From: Macrostomum lignano | Taxonomy: Eukaryota | Reading direction: 5' to 3' | Assembly: GCA_002269645.1 (NCBI GenBank) | Contig: NIVC01000421.1 | Span: 310,001 to 374,000 of the forward strand | Length of the DNA: 64,000 bases | Shown here: positions 23,737 through 32,314 of the stretch, one piece after another | Layout of the letters: every line of letters begins with the position of its first letter | How positions within the stretch are numbered: position 1 is the first letter of the stretch | The notes under the pieces: model-generated | The model's database searches: none | What the model was told of the DNA's origin: nothing | Seen by the model: the letters and a program-made list of their open reading frames with translations, nothing else | Translations under genes and position numbers: made by a program

Positions 23737-24121
23737 AAAAAACAAAAAAACGAAGCGCTTTCTACTTCAAGTAGTGATTTCGAACATTGTTTTTCAAAAT
23801 GAATTTGGTACGATTGGGCCGCGTTGCAAAAATCGAATTTTTTGAACAATTGAAGATAATTTCGCAAAGTAGAACGATGGAGTAAAATTGAACATTCCAA
23901 CGAAACAGCAACAAGGATTGATTGATTTTTAAACGCATGCGCGGCTAGCATTTGGATAGAGGAGTAAAATGTGATATTCGCGTGAACAAGGAAGCCTAAT
24001 AACGAATAAGTAGTAACAACTGAATATTGATAATTATGACAAAATTTACTGACAGCATCGACGGGACCCGTGCTGCAGACGCCTCAGACTCGAACACCGC
24101 GCCAAGAACTTGCACTGCGCG

Positions 24122-24303
24122 GCCAGCAGTTGATGAAGCGGCCGACTGCCGCCAGCAGATGATGAAGCGGCCGTATGCCGCCAGCAGATGATGAAGCGGC
24201 CGGATGCCGCCAGCAGTTGATGAAGCGGCCGACTGCCGCCAGCAGATGATGAAGCGGCCGACTGCCGCCAGCAGTTGATGAAGCGGCCGACTGCCGCCAG
24301 CAG
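24122..24303 (+). repeat. 29-bp tandem repeat (GCCGCCAGCAGATGATGAAGCGGCCGACT), about 6 copies, in the retrotransposon 3' untranslated region
   Basis: Period of 29 (24148, 24177, ...). Confidence 0.92.
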
Positions 24304-24539
24304 AAACCCGCACCAGACAACGGAACAACAGATAACCAGCCACACAGAGGAGCGCACAGCACGGCACCAGGCACCACACAACACAGCCAAACATAACCAC
24401 GGCAACCCACCACAACGGCCAGCAACACAGAAAAAAACAAAGAGCAACCACACCGGAAGGGCACCGCCCCAAAGCAACAGAAGCCACCCCGGAGGAGCAC
24501 ATCACAGGCAGCAGACTACACCCCCCGAAAGGGCAGGGA

Positions 24540-27500
24540 CTACCCCGACCCAGTGCTTCCCTTCCTGGAGCACCGATCGATAAAAGCCGCCAAGAACCTT
24601 GCCGGCCTGCGCACAACTCGACCAGACCTGGTGGTGATAGGCGGCCTCGCAGCAACGGATTGAGACGTCTGAGAACTGACGCTCTCAGTAACTGTAGTGG
24701 CAGGAGAATTGTCTGATTGTGGCTCCAGCTTGAGGTCACCAAGTTGCTCGCTTGGCAACTGATCTGACTCTGGCCGCGAGTGGCTCGAATCGGTCCTCGA
24801 GACCTGCTGCTTGACCTCCTCAGTGTCTTGACCTAGCTCTCGTCGACTTTCACCACCGACTGTCACCGCTACCGACCCTGAAACCCTACTAGCGGTCGTT
24901 CCAGACGTGGCCCCTTGAGCACTGTGGGCAGGAGGCTCTTCCGATGCCGGGTTCCGCCTGCTACTAGCAGGAATCGAACTTCCCTCCTCCGACTCCTCCC
25001 AGTCTCGATCTAGAGAACGCCTCTGAACGCAGACTGTGGAGACGGACCTGTCAGTCGAGGGCTGCTGAGCCGGATTTGAAGATCGAGTCTCTCCCGGTGC
25101 GGATGCCTGTCCGAATTTGTCGATCAAATCGATGTACGCGGGCTTTCTCACACACCTTTTTAGCCTGTCGATGTTGTAAACATTGTGCCTTGGGTTCGGC
25201 ATCCCGGTGTCTGACTCTGGGACAAGTCGGTAGTTTCTGTCAGAGATCTTTTCAATGATCTTGTACGGCCCCAACCACACCGCCGTGTCCAGACCCTTGT
25301 GGTCCGGGTTCAAGACCCATACAAGCTCACCTTCCTTGAATACCGAATGGTGGGTGCCCCGATCGTAGTAGCGCTTCTGGCGCTGTTGGGCTTTACCGCG
25401 AATCTGTCTGGCCAAGGTCGAGACGGACACAAGCTCGTGATATAGTTTATGGGCGAACCTGTTAGGCTGAAACTGGTCCTGCACTGGAGACCCATATATT
25501 AGGTCTAGAGGGAATACGAGCTCGCGCCCTAGGAATAGGCGCGCTGGCGTAAAGCCGGTGGACTCAGCTTCCGACGCTCTGACTGACATGCCAACGAGGC
25601 GGGCCGCCAGTGGCCAATTGCACTCCCTGTCCTGACACACGGCGCGGATCTGGCTCTTTATTGTCTGAATCGCCCTTTCAACCTTGCCGTTGGCTTGGGG
25701 ACGGCGAGCTACGATCCGAACTTTTCCGATTTCAAGGAGGCTAGTCAGCTCCTCCAATACATGATTGATGAAAGCTGTGCCATTGTCGGACACAATTGCT
25801 TCCATCGCCCCGTACCTGACGACCCATTCGGTCAAGATTGTTTGAGCGGTGGTTTCGGCAGTTGTATCTGGTACCGGAATTATTTCGACCCAGCTGGTGA
25901 AGCGGTCAATAAGAACCAGCAGGTACCTGTTGCCATCTTGTTCTGAGAATGGGCCTGCATGGTCCACGTGCACCACTTGGCCTGGATAGCCAGCAAGGGT
26001 GGGCTGCATCGGTTCCTTATTTTTCTTCTTGTTTTTCTTAGTTCGAGCACAAGTCTCACATTCAGAGATTATTCCTGTGACATGGGTTGTTAACGCAGTG
26101 ATTTTGAAACGGTTCTTTAGTGCTTTCGTGGTTTTTGTTACCCCACTGTGATTCAGAGCTTGGTGATAATTCAAGACGACTTCATCGACGTTCGCCGTCT
26201 CGGGAACGACTAAGACAGAGCGAGAAGGCCTACCCTTTTTGGACGGTTTCTGGAGGTATAACAGGCCCTCATTTAGAGTGAGTCTCTCAAAATTTGAATA
26301 CAATATTCGGACCTCACGACTGCACGACTGAAGCTCTTCGCTACTTGGCTTTCGCTCATTCTTCACAGCTTCTACTAGCCTCATGATGTCAATTGAGGAC
26401 TCCTGAGCTTGCCTAGCCCAGTTTTCTTCTTGCTGATCTGACCACTCTTCATCAGACTCGGAGTTGCTTCCAGCCTCTGATCTAATAGGGTGCCCCACTG
26501 CTCGGATTGCCGGCGTTTCAGCAGGCGTTGGCAGTTCAGTTTCCGTTTGCTTTTGATCAGTATTCCCAGAGAGCGCTTCCAGCTGCTGTGGGGTCTGAGC
26601 CTCAGCCTCCTTGTGGTCGGGCGTCAAATCGCAGTTCTCATTGCTCTCCGTCTGGATAGCAACAGTGCGTGTCTGAATCTTTTTCCCTCTGGCCGCCCGT
26701 ACGACTACAGACGCACTTTTGGCGTTTCCAATGAATTTTTCCTTAAACTCCGGTATGTGGCTGCATGTTGGGCAGTCGTAATGATCCGCCCGGAACTTTG
26801 GGTTCCGGCTTAGAAAATCGGCATTTGAATGTTCTTGTCCAGCCCTGTGTTTGACCTCAAAGTCGTATTCCCCCAGGCGCTCAAGAGGTGTTTGATCGAT
26901 TTTGAAATCATAGGCTTCGATCGTGGCCAACCATTGGGCCAGCATGCCTGTGGCATGTCTCTTGGCGTGCAACCACTTCAACGCTGCCGCGTCAGTGCGC
27001 ACGATGAAGGGATGATCAAGCAAATAGACTCTGAAGTTCTCGAGCATGATCACCACGCCCAAGAGCTCTCTCATCGTGGCACAATAATTTCGCTGCGCGG
27101 CGGTAAATTTTTTTGAAGCGTAGCTGATCACATTTTCCTGACCATCAGCACCTTGTTGCGACAAGACAGCGCCAACCCCCTCGAGGGAGCTGTCGCAGTC
27201 CAAGATAAATGACCCGGCATTCGGTGAAAAGTCCGGGTAGGCTAGGACCGGAGGTGAGCAGAGGCTTGACTTCAGCTCAGTGAATGCTTTTTGGTGCTTT
27301 TCTTGCCAGGCAAACTTCTCCGCCCCCCTTGCCAGGCTGTACAGCGGTGCGGCTATCACTGAGAACCTGGGAACAAATTTTCTGTAATAATTACAGAAGC
27401 CTAAGAACGACAAGAGCTGCTTCTGATTACTCGGAGTTGGCCAATCGCGAACGGCATCGGTTTTCTCTGGGTCAGCTTCTATGCCTTGTCCGGATACCAC

Positions 27501-30500
27501 GAACCCGAGGAACCGCACTTTGTCCTTAAACAGTTCACACTTACTAGGTTTGATTTTTAAATTTGCTTTTTGCAACCTCCACAGCACTAGCGCTAAATTA
27601 ACAATCATCTGATCATTATCCCTTGCTTTCACAATGACGTCATCCAAGTAAATCAAGCTGACCTTAAGCAGCAGGGGTTGGAAGACCCGGTGCATCAACC
27701 GCGCAAAAGTTGCCGGGGCGGTCTTGATGCCGAACGGGACGACCTTCCACCTGAAGGTGCCTTGTGGGCAAGAAAAAGCAGTGAGGTCCCTGTCTTGCTC
27801 ACGGATCCCGACTTGCCAGTAGGCGGATGTTAGGTCAAGACTGGAAAAGACCTGTGCCCCCGACAAGCTGTCAAACGACTCGTCAACCAGTGGTAGCGGG
27901 AAGCTACAAGGTTTGATCACTTTATTGGTCTGTCGATAATCAACGCAAAGCCTTTGACTCCCATCTTTTTTCCGCACCAACACGATTGGGGACGACCACT
28001 CGGAGTCACATTCTTCTATTACGCCACAATCCAGCAACTTGGAGATGTGCTTGTCCAGGAACTCCTTCTGTGCCGGTGTGGTCCTCCGAGAGGGCTGAAA
28101 TACCGGTCGACAGGTCTGGTCTTTTAGCTCAATTGACATCTCTGTCAGCGACGTCTTTCCTAGATCGGTGTCGGACTTTGAAATTTGATTATGGAAGAAA
28201 TTTAGCAACTTTATAGTTGTTGTCAGTTGTTGGGTTGTCAGATTTGATTTTCCCAGGCGAAACTCCCCTTTGAGCCACTCTGCAGTAGCTTTATCCGGGT
28301 AAGGCAATTTTTCTAACTGTTTTCCCAACCTTTCAGCGTTATTGATCGAAAAATCACGCTCATGTAGCCGAGTGTGAGTGACAACCTCATCAGCGCCTAC
28401 ATCCTGAAAAGAGGCCACTTCTTGCCCCCTTTTTATTGATATTGTCTGATCTTCACTGTTAAGCAAACGGACCAGGACATGGCGGCCTGTACTAACACTG
28501 TCTAGGGACCTGGCCACCAGACATTCCCCATCTCCACGGAAAAGGCGCGGTCCAAGGACTCCTTGAGCCCCTGGGACCGCTTCAGCGACACGACTTGGGA
28601 CAATAGCTTCCGATCGGGGGGCCATTTCTAGGTCACACGCTGATGTCACCCGCCTGACGCGGTAGAGACTACTGTCACCCTCAATGATCGGAATGGCCTC
28701 TCCATCCACTGTAGCTTTACCATCGGCAATTAAGAGGTTGACCCTGAAGCTCTTGAGAAAGTCGAGACCGAGCAAGACATCAGACAGTCTTGTTTCCATG
28801 ACTAAAAAGACTTGTGTCCTGGTCAGCTTTCCCAATGAAACCTCGCAACGCAAAGTGCCTAAGATTTCAGTTGACGTACCATTGAAAGCGGTAGCTGCGC
28901 GTCGCTGTATGGACGGCTTGAAGACGTTGTTAATGGGATCAGCCTCGACTAGCTGATCCTTTACTCGGACTCCCATGACACTAGCGTTGGCACCAGAGTC
29001 TAGGCAGGCAATGATTCGACTCTCACCGACATCCAGTTGCACGAAATAACTCGAATCGGTCTGGAACTCCGTGTCTTGCGCAGCGGACTGCTCACAATTC
29101 GGGGGCGAAGCCAACTCGCAGACGTCTAAGGCCCGATCACTAGGTTTTGCACTGTCGGCCACCCGACGAAACCTGACCCGGAGACCAACAATTTGATGGG
29201 GTGCCGCTCTGCCCCGAAGCTCTTGATCAAGCTGCGAGACATGCACAAAAAGATTGTCTCCCATCAGCGCTGACCGAATGAACCCATGTGACTGAAACCA
29301 CTGGGTGATGACCCCGGTCTCCACTAGTTCAGCTCTTTGCTTCCCTGGCTCTCTTCCAGAGCGACCCCTGTGATTTAGCGGTGGTGGATGAGGGCAATCT
29401 GCGACCAGATGATCTGTTAACCCGCATCGATAGCATGCTCTAGGCGGTCGGCTGCTAAACTGAGCTCCCTTGCCATATGCCAATTGATGGGGCGGCGCTG
29501 ATTGTGCAACTCGAGTCTGCTTTGGATTGCCTACCCCGCTAACCACTGGCACTTCATTTTGAAACGCCCTGACTGATGTTTGGTTAGACTGCTCCACCAG
29601 TAGTTTTTCCAGTTCTTTAACCCTTGCTTCAAGCTCCGCAGTCTTGTCTGGACCCACAGAACGGACTTTAGCCAGCGCCGACTGCCCAGGGTTCAAGAGC
29701 TGTCGGACACCTGTAATCTCCCTGGCCTTCTTGGCCAGGTCAACAGAGGATAGCGAAGGATCTTCCCGACTGGCCAGCAGCAGCTTTTCGGCCAAGCTTC
29801 TATCTAGCAGCCCATGGCAGAACCGGGCCCGGACCAGTGGCTCAGACTCTTTGAGAGACAAGTTAGCAGCATGTGAAAGTCTTATTAGTCGATCAAAGTA
29901 TTCTTGGACATCTTCAGCATCATGTTGCTGAGCACTTGCTAGTTCCAGATAACTTTTGTCCTTCTCCGAAACATCCGTGTAGCGCAGGTCCAATGCTTTT
30001 AGTGCGACCTCAGCATCTTGCTTATGCAACTGGTTGTGAAAGCAATACTCCTGGCATTCAGGCGATAAAAGGGACAGCAAAATGGCTGACTGCTGCTCCT
30101 TGGGAATTTTGTGCGCCTCCACGTAAGTGCGAAATTGCGTTTGCCACAAGTCGAATCTCATTTTCGGCATGTAGGGTTGTGGGGGTCGGAGGCGGACATT
30201 ACCACTGCCCTCAGACGCTCTTGGTGAGGTCGATGGTGCCGTTGGATTTGATGCACGATTTAAGCTATTGGCCAATACCTGGGAGAAGCTTTCTAAGAAA
30301 TTCTGCATAGTAGCGGGGAGCAACGCTGCTTCAGCCGAACCAACAGCAGCTGATGCTCCATTTTCAGATTCATGAGCATTAGCTCCACCAGCAGCTGATG
30401 CTCCATTTTCAGATTCTTGAGCATTTGCTCCACCAGCATCATTATTAACAGAGCCACCTTCTTCAAGACCAGCCACATTGGCTACCACTCCATCCTCGTT

Positions 30501-30509
30501 ATTAGACAT
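24540..30509 (-). CDS. Gag-Pol polyprotein (1989 aa): Gag, CCHC knuckle, cold-shock-like domain, aspartic protease, RT, RNase H, integrase
   Basis: CYRCGLTDHLVADC; LDSGA; SPIVLVRKKDG..RLCVDYR; LDLTSAYWQ; VVPFGIKTAPATF; YLDD; CDSS..GAVLSQ; NADFLSR; H..H...CETC; VHVDHAGP, SDNG, ERAIQTIK; GPY; uninterrupted ORF. Confidence 0.96.
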   Translation of the reverse strand: MSNNEDGVVANVAGLEEGGSVNNDAGGANAQESENGASAAGGANAHESENGASAAVGSAEAALLPATMQNFLESFSQVLANSLNRASNPTAPSTSPRASEGSGNVRLRPPQPYMPKMRFDLWQTQFRTYVEAHKIPKEQQSAILLSLLSPECQEYCFHNQLHKQDAEVALKALDLRYTDVSEKDKSYLELASAQQHDAEDVQEYFDRLIRLSHAANLSLKESEPLVRARFCHGLLDRSLAEKLLLASREDPSLSSVDLAKKAREITGVRQLLNPGQSALAKVRSVGPDKTAELEARVKELEKLLVEQSNQTSVRAFQNEVPVVSGVGNPKQTRVAQSAPPHQLAYGKGAQFSSRPPRACYRCGLTDHLVADCPHPPPLNHRGRSGREPGKQRAELVETGVITQWFQSHGFIRSALMGDNLFVHVSQLDQELRGRAAPHQIVGLRVRFRRVADSAKPSDRALDVCELASPPNCEQSAAQDTEFQTDSSYFVQLDVGESRIIACLDSGANASVMGVRVKDQLVEADPINNVFKPSIQRRAATAFNGTSTEILGTLRCEVSLGKLTRTQVFLVMETRLSDVLLGLDFLKSFRVNLLIADGKATVDGEAIPIIEGDSSLYRVRRVTSACDLEMAPRSEAIVPSRVAEAVPGAQGVLGPRLFRGDGECLVARSLDSVSTGRHVLVRLLNSEDQTISIKRGQEVASFQDVGADEVVTHTRLHERDFSINNAERLGKQLEKLPYPDKATAEWLKGEFRLGKSNLTTQQLTTTIKLLNFFHNQISKSDTDLGKTSLTEMSIELKDQTCRPVFQPSRRTTPAQKEFLDKHISKLLDCGVIEECDSEWSSPIVLVRKKDGSQRLCVDYRQTNKVIKPCSFPLPLVDESFDSLSGAQVFSSLDLTSAYWQVGIREQDRDLTAFSCPQGTFRWKVVPFGIKTAPATFARLMHRVFQPLLLKVSLIYLDDVIVKARDNDQMIVNLALVLWRLQKANLKIKPSKCELFKDKVRFLGFVVSGQGIEADPEKTDAVRDWPTPSNQKQLLSFLGFCNYYRKFVPRFSVIAAPLYSLARGAEKFAWQEKHQKAFTELKSSLCSPPVLAYPDFSPNAGSFILDCDSSLEGVGAVLSQQGADGQENVISYASKKFTAAQRNYCATMRELLGVVIMLENFRVYLLDHPFIVRTDAAALKWLHAKRHATGMLAQWLATIEAYDFKIDQTPLERLGEYDFEVKHRAGQEHSNADFLSRNPKFRADHYDCPTCSHIPEFKEKFIGNAKSASVVVRAARGKKIQTRTVAIQTESNENCDLTPDHKEAEAQTPQQLEALSGNTDQKQTETELPTPAETPAIRAVGHPIRSEAGSNSESDEEWSDQQEENWARQAQESSIDIMRLVEAVKNERKPSSEELQSCSREVRILYSNFERLTLNEGLLYLQKPSKKGRPSRSVLVVPETANVDEVVLNYHQALNHSGVTKTTKALKNRFKITALTTHVTGIISECETCARTKKNKKKNKEPMQPTLAGYPGQVVHVDHAGPFSEQDGNRYLLVLIDRFTSWVEIIPVPDTTAETTAQTILTEWVVRYGAMEAIVSDNGTAFINHVLEELTSLLEIGKVRIVARRPQANGKVERAIQTIKSQIRAVCQDRECNWPLAARLVGMSVRASEAESTGFTPARLFLGRELVFPLDLIYGSPVQDQFQPNRFAHKLYHELVSVSTLARQIRGKAQQRQKRYYDRGTHHSVFKEGELVWVLNPDHKGLDTAVWLGPYKIIEKISDRNYRLVPESDTGMPNPRHNVYNIDRLKRCVRKPAYIDLIDKFGQASAPGETRSSNPAQQPSTDRSVSTVCVQRRSLDRDWEESEEGSSIPASSRRNPASEEPPAHSAQGATSGTTASRVSGSVAVTVGGESRRELGQDTEEVKQQVSRTDSSHSRPESDQLPSEQLGDLKLEPQSDNSPATTVTESVSSQTSQSVAARPPITTRSGRVVRRPARFLAAFIDRCSRKGSTGSG

Positions 30510-31256
30510 TCCAGAGCCTAATCACCTCGCCAAGCCGAGTTTTTTGCACCAGCAATGATCGGGACGACCAACCGAACAGGTGCAAGCAGGAAAAGAAGCA
30601 AAGGGGAAAGCAACCCAGACAGCAGTTGGCGGGATCTAATCTAACCCTGACACAGACACAAACGCTATCTAAACCCGTCAACCTGGGACTACCTCCTATT
30701 TTTAAACAGGCAAACAGACTCACCACACGCACACAGATTGGCTGACCGCTGGTGTGTAGTCGCAGTTGTCCGGCCAGTTAGACGTAACCAGCAGTTCGTT
30801 CCAAGCTGTTGCTAACACGCAGAAGCAGCTCTGTTGACGCGCCAAGGGTCAATTGGGACTGGTGTAGGCCGAGGCTGGCAGCTGTGGCCAATTACTGTTG
30901 AGCTAGGCAGAGTGCAGGCCGCGTAGATTAATTGTTCTTGGGGTGGGTTGGCTGCGCTTGCACTGGATCCACTCGCGTTAAAGGACAGTGTAGGCTGACT
31001 AAGATTGCACTGATTCCGTTGGGCACAATTATTTGCGGCGCTCGGAGTAGCCAATTAGCCACAGAATGCGATAAGCAATGTACAGCTTGGTTGGGCTTGT
31101 GTTGCAATTGTACACGCTGGCTGGCTGGGCTAGGGTTATGACTCACGATAAGAATTTTATGACAATTCCAATATTCACTTCTTGGCTGCCGCCTGGATAG
31201 CCCGGGCTTGTTGTTGACTTGTTTGGTGTTCAAACCGAACGGTAAGTAGCAGCCCG

Positions 31257-31273
31257 TCTCGGTGGGACCTCCA
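31257..31273 (-). promoter_or_regulatory. Primer-binding site complementary to the tRNA-Gln 3' end
   Basis: Minus strand TGGAGGTCCCACCGAGA lies 6 nt after the 5' LTR. It is the reverse complement of ...TCTCGGTGGGACCT-CCA, the 3' end of metazoan tRNA-Gln as recalled. Confidence 0.82.
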
Positions 31274-31279
31274 AAATTA

Positions 31280-31803
31280 TGTGACGATATCTGGTCCGAG
31301 TTCGCGTGCTGACGGGCTGCTATTAAAGTAGTGAGTAAACACACAGTTAGTGGTGACGATAACTGACGGCGCCGATAATTCGATTACGGATTATGTATAT
31401 TTGCAGGTTACACATGTAGTGGTTATTGCTGATGCTAACTGGTAACGAACAATTGCAGTGTCAATGGAATGGCTTCGAAGATGACCTTAGTGGGTAACGC
31501 TACTAAATTGAGAGCGATCTTGAACTACTGTTTTTTTCAGTGTTTACTAAAATCAATCAGTGTTTACTAAAATCAAAAGACTGGCGATAGGAACAGCAGC
31601 CGCACACCACGCTCAGTCTTCTCCGAAGCCACAGATTTCAAAATGTTAAATATAACTATTTAATGCAGTAAAACAAAGCATTGCTTACTATTTTCAATAA
31701 ACATAAAAGTGAAACCAATTGATATAAATAAAGTACATATTAAATATTTTTTAGTAGATATTAATCGACGAACTGGGAGAATAAAAGAACCACCAACGTC
31801 ACA
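31280..31803 (-). repeat. 5' LTR (524 bp)
   Basis: Direct repeat of 23193-23722; followed on the minus strand by the PBS. Confidence 0.96.
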
Positions 31804-32143
31804 AATGAACACAATAAATTTTAAATTAGTAGCCAAACATTAATTAAATTTAGAATACGTGACAGAGGCACAAATATCAGATCTTTCACATATTTATTAC
31901 GCCTCATGAATAAATATTCCAATGGTTAATGAGCACTTAAAAAATTGTGTCACAATCAGTTTACAGCAACGAGTAAGTATAGTGTTACAATTTTGTTATT
32001 TGTATTGAAAAAATAATTGGCTTTAAAGCTAAAACGTTTAAATGGGTCGACTTTAATTATCGTCTAATAAATATTAACTTAAAAATAATACCTCCCTTGA
32101 ACTCGAAGTCTCATATCAGAAAATTCGAACGGTGCAATTTTAA

Positions 32144-32314
32144 TCACGGCGAAGGCGTTTTGTAGACAATGAAGATGTGCTTTCCGTAGCGGAATACGAA
32201 TGAGTAGCCGGGCTCGTGTCCGTAGTAGCACCAGAACTCGCCGTTGACCACGACCACGTGCCACAGGAAGCCGAGCTTGCTGTCTAGCTGGTTCTTGATC
32301 CACTTGGGCGCGTC
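32144..32314 (-). CDS. TAL exon 4 (DLC domain C-terminus)
   Basis: Acceptor TTATCAG; 56 codons plus TGA. Read in a different frame from the listed 32079-32387 ORF. Confidence 0.88.
   Translation of the reverse strand, partial: DAPKWIKNQLDSKLGFLWHVVVVNGEFWCYYGHEPGYSFVFRYGKHIFIVYKTPSP

Larger units (their letters stand above)
23193..31803 (-). mobile_element. Full-length Ty3/gypsy LTR retrotransposon
   Basis: Near-identical LTRs with TGTGAC...GTCACA ends; 4-bp TSD AATG (23189-23192 and 31804-31807); PBS and PPT present; domain order Gag-PR-RT-RH-IN is diagnostic of Ty3/gypsy. Confidence 0.97.

Noticed and set aside
25076-30310. Plus-strand ORFs antisense to gag-pol
   Set aside because: Short shadow ORFs of a GC-balanced coding region with no recognisable motifs.
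30346-30435. 45-bp duplication in the Gag N-terminus (GGANAxESENGASAA x2)
   Set aside because: An in-frame low-complexity duplication in a disordered Gag leader; common and not informative.
31257-31273. tRNA gene
   Set aside because: Only 17 nt match a tRNA 3' end including CCA; its position next to the LTR identifies it as a PBS, and there is no cloverleaf.
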